64,000 nt of DNA from assembly GCA_964291235.2 (NCBI GenBank), contig OZ219816.1:672001-736000 (forward strand). The letters are read 5' to 3'. The position numbers and the translations under genes are program-made. The stretch comes from Vicinamibacteria bacterium. Its GTDB lineage: Bacteria > Acidobacteriota > Vicinamibacteria > Marinacidobacterales > Marinacidobacteraceae. This document shows, piece by piece, positions 45,333 through 54,691 of the stretch (positions within the stretch are counted from its first letter, which is position 1; each line of letters opens with the position of its first letter). The notes beneath the pieces were generated by a model. The model did no database searches. It worked only from the letters and a program-made list of their open reading frames with translations, and was not told the DNA's origin.

Positions 45333-46580
45333 ATGACCACCAGAAGAGTTGTCGTCACCGGCGTGGGGCTCGTGTCCCCGCTGGGTATCGGAACCCGCGC
45401 TACCTGGGAAGGCCTGCTCGCCGGCCGCTCCGGCGCGGGGCCGATCACCCGTTTCGACGCCGCGGACTTCTCGTCGCGGATCGCCTGCGAGGTCAAGGGG
45501 TTCGACCCGCTCGACTATGCCGACCGCCGGGACACCCGGAAGATGGACACCTTCATCCAGTACGCGTTGGCAGCGTCGCTGTTCGCGGCCGAGGATGCGG
45601 GACTCGAGACTCCGCTCGCGGATCCGGATCGCGTTGGGGTGATCATTTCCTCGGGGATCGGCGGTTTCGAAACGATCGAGAGGGAACACCGGAAGCTGCT
45701 CGAGAAGGGACCGCGACGCATCTCTCCTTTCTTCGTGCCGGCGATGGTGGTCAACCTGGCCGCTGGATGGGTCTCGATCCGGCTGGGAGCGAAGGGGCCG
45801 AATTCGGCGATGGCGACCGCCTGTTCCGCCGGCGCCCATGCGGTCGGGGAAGCCTTCCGCCTCGTGCGCCACGGCCAGGCAGACGTCATGGTGGCGGGAG
45901 GAGCGGAGGCCACCATCACTCCGATGTGCATCGGAGGCTTCGCCTCCATGAAGGCGCTCTCCACCCGAAACGACGATCCCGAGCGGGCGTCGCGCCCCTT
46001 CGACCGCGACCGCGATGGCTTCGTGGTCGGCGAGGGCGCGGGCATCCTCCTGCTGGAGGAACGGGAGCGGGCGCTGGCGCGCGGCGCCAACCCGTATGCG
46101 GAGGTCGTGGGATACGGGATGAGCGGTGATGCGTTCCACATCACGGCCCCGGCGCCGGACGGGAGCGGCGCGGTGCGGGTGATGGAGGCCGCGCTGGCCG
46201 AGGCGAACGCCGCTCCCGAAGACGTGGACGCGGTGAACGCCCACGGCACCTCCACCCCGCTGAACGACCGGATCGAAACAGCCGCCATCCGGCAGGTGTT
46301 CGGGGAACACGCCGACCGGCTCGCGGTCAGTTCCACGAAGTCCATGACCGGGCATCTGCTCGGCGGTGCGGGGGGGCTCGAGGCCGGGATCTCCTGTCTG
46401 ACCCTGCGTCACCAGACGCTACCCCCGACCATCAACTACGAGACGCCGGATCCCGACTGCGACCTGGACATCGTGCCGAACACCGCGCGGCCGGCCGCGG
46501 TGCGCAGCGTGCTGTCGAACTCTTTCGGGTTCGGCGGAACGAATGTTTCCTTGCTGTTCCGCCACCCCGAGGGGCGCTGA
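45333..46580 (+). CDS. fabF: Beta-ketoacyl-ACP synthase II
   Basis: [31 protein letters not shown] and SNSFGFGG motifs. Confidence 0.97.
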   Translation: MTTRRVVVTGVGLVSPLGIGTRATWEGLLAGRSGAGPITRFDAADFSSRIACEVKGFDPLDYADRRDTRKMDTFIQYALAASLFAAEDAGLETPLADPDRVGVIISSGIGGFETIEREHRKLLEKGPRRISPFFVPAMVVNLAAGWVSIRLGAKGPNSAMATACSAGAHAVGEAFRLVRHGQADVMVAGGAEATITPMCIGGFASMKALSTRNDDPERASRPFDRDRDGFVVGEGAGILLLEERERALARGANPYAEVVGYGMSGDAFHITAPAPDGSGAVRVMEAALAEANAAPEDVDAVNAHGTSTPLNDRIETAAIRQVFGEHADRLAVSSTKSMTGHLLGGAGGLEAGISCLTLRHQTLPPTINYETPDPDCDLDIVPNTARPAAVRSVLSNSFGFGGTNVSLLFRHPEGR

Positions 46581-46581
46581 C

Positions 46582-47595
46582 ATGGAAGACCTTTTCCGAT
46601 ACCTGAGGGAACTCGTTGACATCCCGTCGGTGACCGGCGATGAGGAAGCGGTCGCCCGGCGGGTGGGCGCGGATCTGGAGGCGCTCGGCCTCGAGGTCGA
46701 GTTCGATGAAATGGCCCCCGGCCGCCCGAACCTGATCGCCCGCGCCGGCGCCGAGCCCACGCGGCTCTGGTACTGCACCCATCTGGACACGGTGCCGCCC
46801 TTCTTCCCGTCCAGCGAAAACGAAACCCACGTCGCCGGCCGCGGCTCCTGCGATGCCAAGGGCATTCTGGCGGCGATGGTCTTCGCGGCCCGCCGGCTCC
46901 GGGAAGACGGAGCTGCCGGATTCGGACTGGTGTTCACGGTCGGAGAGGAAGTGGACAGCGCCGGCGCTATTCATCTGGACCAGCGGGGGCCCGGGCCCCG
47001 GGTCGAGGGACTCCACCTCGTCTGCGGGGAGCCCACCGAAGGAGTCATGGCGAGTGGCCACAAGGGGACTCTTCGGGTCCGGATTTCCGCGCGCGGGAAG
47101 GCGGCTCACTCCGCGTACCCGGAAGCGGGAGACTCGGCGATTCACCGCCTCCTCGCACTCATCACCCATCTTCAGTCGCTCGATTGGGGCAGGAGTGAGA
47201 TCCTCGGTTCGGCCACCCTGAACGTGGGCCTGATTTCCGGCGGTGTCGCCGGCAACGTCTTCGCCCCTTCCGCGCAGGCGACCGTCTACTGGCGGCTGGT
47301 CGGCGAGGTGGAACCCGTCCGCCGGCGCCTCGAGGAGATCCTGGCTGCCGATGACAATCTGAGCTTCGAGTTGGTCGGTCAGAACGACGCGGTCTTCTGC
47401 CGCACGCTCCCGGGGTTCGAGGTGGCGCCGATGTCCTACTCCACCGACATCCCCTTCATGCCCTCCTGGGGAAGGCCCCTGCTGATCGGCCCCGGCAGCA
47501 TTCACGACGCGCATACGGCTGACGAACACGTGTTGAAGAGCGACCTGGTGGACGCCGTCGGCTACTACCAGAAGATCGCCCGCGAACTCCTCTAA
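46582..47595 (+). CDS. M20/ArgE-DapE family metallohydrolase
   Basis: THLDTV, GRGSCDAKG, GEE, GEPT, GKAAHSA and GPGSIHDAHT motifs. Confidence 0.88.
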   Translation: MEDLFRYLRELVDIPSVTGDEEAVARRVGADLEALGLEVEFDEMAPGRPNLIARAGAEPTRLWYCTHLDTVPPFFPSSENETHVAGRGSCDAKGILAAMVFAARRLREDGAAGFGLVFTVGEEVDSAGAIHLDQRGPGPRVEGLHLVCGEPTEGVMASGHKGTLRVRISARGKAAHSAYPEAGDSAIHRLLALITHLQSLDWGRSEILGSATLNVGLISGGVAGNVFAPSAQATVYWRLVGEVEPVRRRLEEILAADDNLSFELVGQNDAVFCRTLPGFEVAPMSYSTDIPFMPSWGRPLLIGPGSIHDAHTADEHVLKSDLVDAVGYYQKIARELL

Positions 47596-47664
47596 CCCGG
47601 CTGGCTCCGGAGTCTCACCGCCCACGGCCGCGAGCCGACGGGAACGCCGGCGCTCCCACTCCGC

Positions 47665-48777
47665 ATGTCCGACAATCGCCCAGCGTCCCCGTTCCGTCTC
47701 CTCCGCCGCACCCTCCTCGGGTGGTTCCGGAAGAACAAGCGTCCGCTTCCTTTCCGGGAATCGCCGGACGCCTGGCGTGTCTGGGTTTCGGAGGTGATGC
47801 TCCAGCAGACCCGGGTGGAGGCGATGCTGCCGCGCTACCGGGACTTCATGGCTCGCTTCCCGGACCCCGGTGTGCTGGCTGACGCCAGCGAGGACGAAGT
47901 GCTGGGAGCCTGGTCGGGGCTCGGCTACTACGGTCGCGCCCGGGCGCTGCACCGGGCGGTGCGGCAACTCGCCGCGGAGGGCCGGGAAATCCCGCGGGAT
48001 GCGGCGTCGCTCAGGAAGCTCTCGGGTATTGGCGAGTACACCGCGGCCGCGGTCGCCTCGATCGCGGCCGGCGAGCCGGTTGCCGCAGTGGACGGGAATG
48101 TGCGGCGGGTGCTGTCCAGGCTGTTCGCAGTAGGAGGGGTTCCCGGGCGGACATCCTTCGAGAGACGGATCCGGGAGTTGGCCGACCGGCTCATGGAGGC
48201 GGACGACGCTGAAGAGCCGGGTGATTGGAACCAGGCGCTGATGGAACTCGGAGCAACGGTCTGCGTCGCGCGTGCACCTCGCTGCGACCGCTGTCCCGTT
48301 CGTGAATTCTGCTGGGCTCGGCTGGGAGGGCGCCCGGAAGCGTTTCCCGAGCGGCGCGAGCGTCCCCGGGCGGTCGCCACAAGGCTCGCGGTGGCTGTCG
48401 TCAGGGACGAGGAGGGCCGGGTTCTGCTGTTTCGGCGCCGGGAAACCCCGATGCGCGGCCTCTACGAACTGCCGTGCGGCGAATGCCGAAGCGGCGAGCG
48501 CGCGGAGCAGGCACTCGTCCGTGAGGCGAGGGCGCGCTACGGGATCCGGCTGCGGACTGGCCGGCAACTGAGCGGATTCCGGCACACCATCATGAACCGA
48601 AGAATCGCGGTCGTTCCCTACGAGGCCGATGTCGAGGAGCCGCCGCCTCCCGATGCCGAGAAGGGCCGCTTCGTACACCCCCGGGATCTGGACCGGATTC
48701 CGTCCGGGTCGATGGTCTCGAAGGCCCTGCGCGGGATCGGCACGACGAGCCCCGGAAGGCCGGAACCCCTCGACTAG
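47665..48777 (+). CDS. mutY: A/G-specific adenine glycosylase MutY
   Basis: VSEVMLQQT, WSGLGYY, GIGEYTA, VDGNVRRV, Fe-S CxxxxxxCxxCxxxxxC and a NUDIX-like C-terminus. Confidence 0.95.
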   Translation: MSDNRPASPFRLLRRTLLGWFRKNKRPLPFRESPDAWRVWVSEVMLQQTRVEAMLPRYRDFMARFPDPGVLADASEDEVLGAWSGLGYYGRARALHRAVRQLAAEGREIPRDAASLRKLSGIGEYTAAAVASIAAGEPVAAVDGNVRRVLSRLFAVGGVPGRTSFERRIRELADRLMEADDAEEPGDWNQALMELGATVCVARAPRCDRCPVREFCWARLGGRPEAFPERRERPRAVATRLAVAVVRDEEGRVLLFRRRETPMRGLYELPCGECRSGERAEQALVREARARYGIRLRTGRQLSGFRHTIMNRRIAVVPYEADVEEPPPPDAEKGRFVHPRDLDRIPSGSMVSKALRGIGTTSPGRPEPLD

Positions 48778-48796
48778 ACTCCGCCCGCGACTTCCC

Positions 48797-51280
48797 ATGA
48801 GCACCTTCCACGAACGCGTCGAAACGAAATGGCAGGACCGCTGGGCTCGCGAGCGCTCCTTCCGGACTCCGGACCTGCCGGAGGGGCCGCGCTACTACTG
48901 CCTCGAGATGCTGCCGTATCCGTCCGGGCGCATCCACATGGGCCACGTGAGGAACTACTCCATTGGGGATGTGATGGCCCGCTTCTTCCGGCGGAACGGG
49001 TTCACCGTCATGCATCCGATCGGTTGGGACGCGCTGGGCCTGCCCGCGGAGAACGCCGCGCTTCAGCGGGGCGCTCACCCCGCTGACTGGACCCTCCACA
49101 ACATAGACCACATGCGCCGGCAGCTTCGCCGACTCGGATTCAGCTACGACTGGGAGCGGGAGTTCGCCACCTGCGATCCCTCCTACTACCGGTGGAATCA
49201 GTGGTTCTTTCTCAAGATGTGGGAACGGGGACTCGCCTACCGGAAGAACGGCACCGTCAACTGGTGTCCCGGCTGTGCGACCGTGCTGGCCAACGAGCAG
49301 GTCGAGGCCGGACAGTGTTGGCGCTGCGAGGCCGTTGTCGAGGAGCGGGAACTCCCGCAGTGGTTCCTGCGGGTCACTGACTACGCCGACGAGCTGCTCG
49401 ACGAGATGGAGCGGATGCCCGGCTGGCCTCACAAGGTGCTCGTGCTGCAGCGCAACTGGATCGGGCGCTCGGAGGGCGCCGAGATCCGGTTCCGAATCCC
49501 GGCTCTCGGAGACGTTGGGGACATCCCGGTGTTCACCACCCGGGTGGATACGGTCTATGGCGCCACCGCCCTGGTGCTGGCGCCGAGGCACCCGGCCACC
49601 GAGGCCATCGCGTCACGAAGCGCGGAAGTGGCCGACTACGTCCGCGCCGCGCTGGCGGCCCACGCGGGGGAAAGCCATCCGACCGGCGAAGTCGAAAAGA
49701 CCGGGGTGGACACCGGGTTTCGAGCGGTGAATCCGTTTTCGGGAGAGGAGATTCCGGTGTTCGTCGCGGACTACGTGCTCATGGAGTACGGAACCGGGGC
49801 GGTGATGGCGGTTCCGGCCCACGATGAGCGCGACTACGAGTTCGCGAAGAGGTACGGACTGGAAATACGCACGGTCGTCATCCCGAACGACCCGGACCGG
49901 GCGGCCGATCCGGACGGCGCCTTCGTGGACTATGGGACGGTGGTGGACTCGGGGTCCTTCAGCGGCCTGCCCACCGAAGAGGCGAAGGCCGCGATGGCGA
50001 GGCACGCCCGCGAGGGAGGCTACGGCGAGCCGAAGATCGCCTGGCGTTTTCGCGACTGGGGAATCTCCCGGCAGCGCTACTGGGGCACTCCGATTCCCAT
50101 GATCCATTGTCCGGAATGCGGGGAAGTACCGGTGCCCGAGGACGACCTCCCGGTGGAACTGCCGCGCGATGTCGAGATCACCGGCATGGGCGGCTCGGCG
50201 CTTTCGAAGATCGAATCCTGGTTCCGGGTGGATTGTCCGCGCTGCGGGGCGGCGTCCCGCCGGGAGACGGACACCATGGATACCTTCGTGGACTCGTCCT
50301 GGTACTTCTATCGCTACCTGGATCCCACGAACGACCGCGCTCCCTTCGACGCCGAAAAGGCGCGCGCCTGGTTTCCCATCGATCTCTATATCGGCGGCGT
50401 GGAGCACGCCATCCTGCATCTCATCTACTGCCGCTTCTGGACCAAGATGATGCGCGACCTCGGGCTCGCCAGCACCGACGAGCCGGTGATCCGCCAGTTG
50501 AGCCAGGGGATGGTCATCAAGGACGGCGCCAAGATGTCCAAGAGCAAGGGCAACGTCGTGGACCCCGATGCGGTGGTCGAACGGCAAGGCGCCGACGCGA
50601 TCCGGCTCTATGTCCTGTTCGAATCGCCTCCCGAAAAGGAGATGGATTGGACCGATGCCCGACTCTCGGGTCCGGCGCGCTATCTGCGGCGGCTCGAGCG
50701 GATGATCCCCGGGGAGGCCGAGTGGCTGGCCACGACCCCGCTTCCCGAGGGAAACGAAGACTTCGCGCCCGAAGATGTAGCGCTCCGCCGCAAGACCCAC
50801 CAGACGATCCGGCGGGTCACCCGCGATCTCGAAGAACGGATCCATCCGAACACCGCGATTGCGGCCATCATGGAACTAACGACCGCGGTTTCGCACCGAT
50901 TGGCGGATGCGGTCGCGGCAGCCTCCCGGCGAGCCGTGCGGGAGGGGGTGGAGGCGGTGATCTCGCTCTTGAACCCGATGGCGCCCCATCTGACCGAAGA
51001 ACTCTGGGAGCGGCTCGGGCACAAGACGATGCTGGTGGAATCTCCTTGGCCCCAGTGCGACGATGACCTTGCCCGGGAAGAGCAGGTTCTCGTCGTTTTG
51101 CAGGTGAACGGAAAGCTCCGCGGCCGCCTTGAGGTGCCGGCGGGCACCGAGACCCGGATCCTGACGGACCGGGCGCGGGAGAATGCGGGGATCCGCCGCC
51201 ACCTGGAAGGACTCGAGGTCCGCCGGGTCGTCACGGTGCCCGACCGGCTCGTGAACTTCGTGGCCGCCCGCCCCTCGTGA
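48797..51280 (+). CDS. leuS: Leucine--tRNA ligase
   Basis: LEMLPYPSG...HMGH, FTTRVDT editing domain, DWGISRQRYWG and KMSKSKGN motifs. Confidence 0.98.
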   Translation: MSTFHERVETKWQDRWARERSFRTPDLPEGPRYYCLEMLPYPSGRIHMGHVRNYSIGDVMARFFRRNGFTVMHPIGWDALGLPAENAALQRGAHPADWTLHNIDHMRRQLRRLGFSYDWEREFATCDPSYYRWNQWFFLKMWERGLAYRKNGTVNWCPGCATVLANEQVEAGQCWRCEAVVEERELPQWFLRVTDYADELLDEMERMPGWPHKVLVLQRNWIGRSEGAEIRFRIPALGDVGDIPVFTTRVDTVYGATALVLAPRHPATEAIASRSAEVADYVRAALAAHAGESHPTGEVEKTGVDTGFRAVNPFSGEEIPVFVADYVLMEYGTGAVMAVPAHDERDYEFAKRYGLEIRTVVIPNDPDRAADPDGAFVDYGTVVDSGSFSGLPTEEAKAAMARHAREGGYGEPKIAWRFRDWGISRQRYWGTPIPMIHCPECGEVPVPEDDLPVELPRDVEITGMGGSALSKIESWFRVDCPRCGAASRRETDTMDTFVDSSWYFYRYLDPTNDRAPFDAEKARAWFPIDLYIGGVEHAILHLIYCRFWTKMMRDLGLASTDEPVIRQLSQGMVIKDGAKMSKSKGNVVDPDAVVERQGADAIRLYVLFESPPEKEMDWTDARLSGPARYLRRLERMIPGEAEWLATTPLPEGNEDFAPEDVALRRKTHQTIRRVTRDLEERIHPNTAIAAIMELTTAVSHRLADAVAAASRRAVREGVEAVISLLNPMAPHLTEELWERLGHKTMLVESPWPQCDDDLAREEQVLVVLQVNGKLRGRLEVPAGTETRILTDRARENAGIRRHLEGLEVRRVVTVPDRLVNFVAARPS

Positions 51281-51858
51281 TTTCTCCTCGTAATTCGCGG
51301 TCCGCCAGAGCGCCCGGTGGGGCGCGCTCCCTTCGGGATCGGCCCGGAATGTTTCTTGTCGTCCTGGCCGCGCTCGGCATTGTGGGCGGATGCGGTTACC
51401 GGCTCGCGGGGCTCGGGGCCGGACTGCCGGGTCACATCGAAGTGGTCGCCATCCTGCCCTTCGACAACGAGAGCGCCTTCCCGGAAGTTGAAGAGGGGAT
51501 GACCGAAGAGATCATCGAGGGGTTCAACCGGCGCGGCCGCTATACGGTGCAGGAGATCGAGGAGGGGGCGGACGCGGTGATGCGGGGCACGGTGCTCAGC
51601 GTGGACTTTTCACCGGCGCAGCTCGACCCGGCGACCGGATCGGCCTCCACCTACCTGATCATCGTCCGGGCCACGGTGGAATTCACGGATGTCGCCAATG
51701 ACGTGGTGCTGTTCGAATCGGACGAGTTCACGCTGCGCGACGAGTTTTCGATCGGGGACGATCCGGACGCTGCGTTCGACCGTGAGGGACTTGCTTTCTC
51801 CCGCATCGCCAGCGCCTTTGCGGACTCGCTGCTGGTCGCGATTCTCGAGGGGTTCTGA
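51277..51858 (+). CDS. lptE: LptE family LPS-assembly lipoprotein (start may be the downstream MFLVV ATG)
   Basis: Lipobox VGGCGY; PFDN; conserved leuS-lptE-holA context. Confidence 0.8.
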   Translation: MISPRNSRSARAPGGARSLRDRPGMFLVVLAALGIVGGCGYRLAGLGAGLPGHIEVVAILPFDNESAFPEVEEGMTEEIIEGFNRRGRYTVQEIEEGADAVMRGTVLSVDFSPAQLDPATGSASTYLIIVRATVEFTDVANDVVLFESDEFTLRDEFSIGDDPDAAFDREGLAFSRIASAFADSLLVAILEGF

Positions 51859-52964
51859 TGGCCTTTGTCCAGGCGGGTTTCACCAAGGCCTTCGCCGCCT
51901 TCAGTCCGCTGCCGGCGGAAGCGCTGGCGAAGAAGCTGCCCGCCGCGGACTCGGGCGCCCTCTATGTTGTTGGCGGTGCGGATGGCTGGCTTCGCCGGCA
52001 GGCAATGCGGAAGCTCGCCGCCCATCATCTCGGGGACCCACCCGCCCCCTTTCGCCTGCGCCGCTTCGACGGACGGACGGCGGGCGCCGAACAGGTGGTG
52101 AGCGCGACGCGGACGGTTTCGTTCAGCGGAGGTCCGGTCGTCCTTGTCGAGAACGCGCTCCGGGTAGCGCAGCCACCGGCCTCGGCGGCTGGTCTCGGAG
52201 GGGTCATGGTGGAACTCCTCGAGGACCCGCCGGGACGGGCCGTCATCGCTTTCGAATGGGAACAAAACCCTGACCGGCGCCGAAAGGACTGGAAGGCGCT
52301 TGCCGCCGCGCTCGGTGATGCCGTGTCCCGGGGTGTGGCGCGCGTCGTGGATTGCGACGCGCCGCCCCCCGCGCGGATGACCGCGTGGATTCGCCGGACC
52401 GCGCGCCGGCGAGGCCTGAATCTGCCGGAGCGGGGAGCGGAACTCCTCCATGAGCGCTTCGGGCGGGAGCTACGGCAGCAGGTCAACGAGATCGAAAAGC
52501 TGGCGCTCTACGCGGGGAGCGACGAGGTCGGCGACATCTCGCTCGAGGATATGGAGCGGGTGCTCGGGGGCGGAAGTGTTCAGGACCGCTTCCGTTTCAC
52601 CGACGCCCTGCAGGCGGGCCGCACCGAAGCGGCGCTCTCGTCGCTCGAGTTGCTGCTTCGGGACGGAGAGTCGCCCCAGGCGCTCATGGCGCTGCTCTAC
52701 CGGCTCGTCACCCAGATCCAATTGGCTCAGGCCCACCGGGGTGATGAACCGCTCTCCGAGGCCCTCCGCGTTCCCCGCCGGGTTGCCGATGACCTGGCGC
52801 GCGCCGCCCGCCGCTTTCGTCCGGCCGATTTGCGCGCCATCTTGCGGCAACTGGCGGAAATGGATCTGCGGATGAAAACCACCCGCATCCCTGACCGTGC
52901 CGCCCTTGCCTCGCTGGCATTGTTGCTGGCCGCGCCGGGGTCCGGACGGGAGCAATCCCACTAG
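51858..52964 (+). CDS. holA: DNA polymerase III delta subunit
   Basis: NEIEKLALY, FRFTDAL and MDLRMKT motifs; leuS-lptE-holA context. Confidence 0.85.
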   Translation: MAFVQAGFTKAFAAFSPLPAEALAKKLPAADSGALYVVGGADGWLRRQAMRKLAAHHLGDPPAPFRLRRFDGRTAGAEQVVSATRTVSFSGGPVVLVENALRVAQPPASAAGLGGVMVELLEDPPGRAVIAFEWEQNPDRRRKDWKALAAALGDAVSRGVARVVDCDAPPPARMTAWIRRTARRRGLNLPERGAELLHERFGRELRQQVNEIEKLALYAGSDEVGDISLEDMERVLGGGSVQDRFRFTDALQAGRTEAALSSLELLLRDGESPQALMALLYRLVTQIQLAQAHRGDEPLSEALRVPRRVADDLARAARRFRPADLRAILRQLAEMDLRMKTTRIPDRAALASLALLLAAPGSGREQSH

Positions 52965-52973
52965 TCTCCGGGC

Positions 52974-53447
52974 ATGGCTCCACGCGTTGCCCGGGATTCC
53001 GCCCTGGCGCTGCTTTCCGACCACCACCAGCGCGCCCTGGCGCTGGCGGTGCTGATCGATCGCAAGCTCAAGGGTGCTCCGGCGGCCGCCCAGGTGGACG
53101 AACTGGCGGAGCAGGTTGTCCGCTTCGCCGAAGAGAACCTGTTCAGCCATCTTGAGATCACGGAGGCGTTGGTGTTTCCCAGCCTGCAGAGGCTCCTCGA
53201 TTCCAGCCAACTGATTGATGGCCTGCTGGCCGATCACGAGGCCCTCCGGAGTTGTGTCGGGAGTCTGGCGGCGGCGCAAGGCGAACGGCGGGCAAGTCTG
53301 CTGAAGGGATTCGGAGAGTTGCTTCGGCGCCACATCCACACGGAAGAACGCTCCGTCTTCGCAACTCTCCGAACCCGGCTGGACGATTCTCGGCGCGAGG
53401 AGCTTGGCCGTCGGATTGCCGAGGCCCTGAGAGCGCGCCGAGCCTAG
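52974..53447 (+). CDS. Hemerythrin-like (HHE) protein, paralog 1 (one HxxxE degenerate)
   Basis: LSDHHQ...SHLEITEALVFP...ADH...HIHTEERSVF. Confidence 0.8.
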   Translation: MAPRVARDSALALLSDHHQRALALAVLIDRKLKGAPAAAQVDELAEQVVRFAEENLFSHLEITEALVFPSLQRLLDSSQLIDGLLADHEALRSCVGSLAAAQGERRASLLKGFGELLRRHIHTEERSVFATLRTRLDDSRREELGRRIAEALRARRA

Positions 53448-53665
53448 CAGCCTGTGGTGAAACCCCCGTGAGCGCCGAGAGTGGCGAGGCCCAGTTCTCC
53501 CGGTGGGGCCAGTTCTCCCGGTGGGGGCCCGGCTGACAAGGCGCGTGAGGGAGGAATACCGGGTGTATTTCGACCGAAACGCAACGCAGAGCGCCTCTTA
53601 GAGGCGCGGTTCAGACGGGATGCATCGCCGCTCAAACGCCGCGGGGGTTTTGCCACAGGCTGCTA
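53445..53665. mobile_element. MITE family A, full-length copy (221 bp) on the hemerythrin-1 stop codon, with internal tandem CCAGTTCTCCCGGTGGGG x2
   Basis: TIR TAGCAGCCTGTGGTGAAACCCCCG / CGGGGGTTTTGCCACAGGCTGCTA; same core as 44711 and 62352. Confidence 0.85.
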
Positions 53666-53729
53666 AGGGCGGACCGCTTCCACCTCCGGCTGACCGGGCG
53701 CCTTGGGGCCGGCACGGCGGCACGTAGCG

Positions 53730-53951
53730 CCGCGGGCGGTTCCTCGCCGCTCGCGCCCACGGGGTCCCCTCCGAGAGAGGGAGCCATCCCGGCCAGCCAG
53801 GTCCGTCCCGCCGCCCGCCTACGGCGGGCTGTGCCGGCCTGGAGGCCGGCGTTCCCGTGCCTTTCCGACATCAAGGCTGGTGGGGTTCCCGCCGAGAGGG
53901 GAACCATCCTGCGTCGATCTCTGCGGCGGAAGTATGAGAAATCCCGGCTAG
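53730..53951. mobile_element. Partial MITE family B (right TIR plus REP module)
   Basis: GTATGAGAAATCCCGGCTAG at 53932-53951; REP-like TGCCGGCCTGGAGGCCGGCGTTCC at 53832; CGCGGGCGGTTCC shared with 21901. Confidence 0.7.
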
Positions 53952-53961
53952 AGTGGGGGTC

Positions 53962-54468
53962 ATGGCTCCCCAATCCCTGCATCGCGATCCGAGTCTCATC
54001 CCGCTGTCCCACCAGCACCAGCACGGGCTCGCGATCACGGTCCTGATCGACCGCGGCTTGCGGGCGGAGCCGACCCGAGAGAAGGGGCTGGAACTCGCGG
54101 AAAAAGTGGCGCGCCTGGCCGAAGTGGAACTACTCGGGCACTTCGAGGTGGAAGAACGGGTGTTGTTTCCGGCGGTGCGTCCGTTCCTGGACTCCGGAGA
54201 CCTGATCGACCGCCTGGTGTCCGAACACCGGGTCATGGAAGACCTGGTGCGCCGCATTGCGGAAGCGGGAGACGAGGAACGCCCCTCCCTCCTCAAGGAG
54301 TTCGGGGAGATGCTTCACCGCCACATACGCGCCGAAGAGCGCCAGTTGTTCCAGCAAATCCAGGCGCGGTTGGACGAATCGCAGCTCGCGGAACTCGGCC
54401 GGGAGATCGACAAGAGGGTGCAGGCGGCCTGTCCGCTCACCGACCGGCTCCCCTGGGCGGGTTCCTAG
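53962..54468 (+). CDS. Hemerythrin-like (HHE) protein, paralog 2
   Basis: LSHQHQHG...GHFEVEERVLFP...SEH...HIRAEERQLF. Confidence 0.85.
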   Translation: MAPQSLHRDPSLIPLSHQHQHGLAITVLIDRGLRAEPTREKGLELAEKVARLAEVELLGHFEVEERVLFPAVRPFLDSGDLIDRLVSEHRVMEDLVRRIAEAGDEERPSLLKEFGEMLHRHIRAEERQLFQQIQARLDESQLAELGREIDKRVQAACPLTDRLPWAGS

Positions 54469-54548
54469 CAGCCTGTGGCAAAACCCACGCGGCCCGGTTC
54501 TCCCGGTGGGGGCCTCGGCGCTCACCTGGGTTTCACCACCGGCTGCCA
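54466..54548. mobile_element. Short (~83 bp) inverted MITE family A copy on the hemerythrin-2 stop codon
   Basis: TAGCAGCCTGTGGCAAAACCCACGCGG...CTCGGCGCTCACCTGGGTTTCACCACCGGCTGCCA; the core is replaced by CCCGGTTCTCCCGGTGGGGG. Confidence 0.75.
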
Positions 54549-54691
54549 GCGCCACGACCGGAAGAATCCCGCGGACGGGGACCTGCCCCGTGGTACCCTC
54601 CGGCCCCTGATGCAACTCGACGAATCCGCCCAACCTCCGGAACCCACCCGGAGACCCGTCCCCGTCGAGGTGCGCCCTTCCGGTATTCGCC

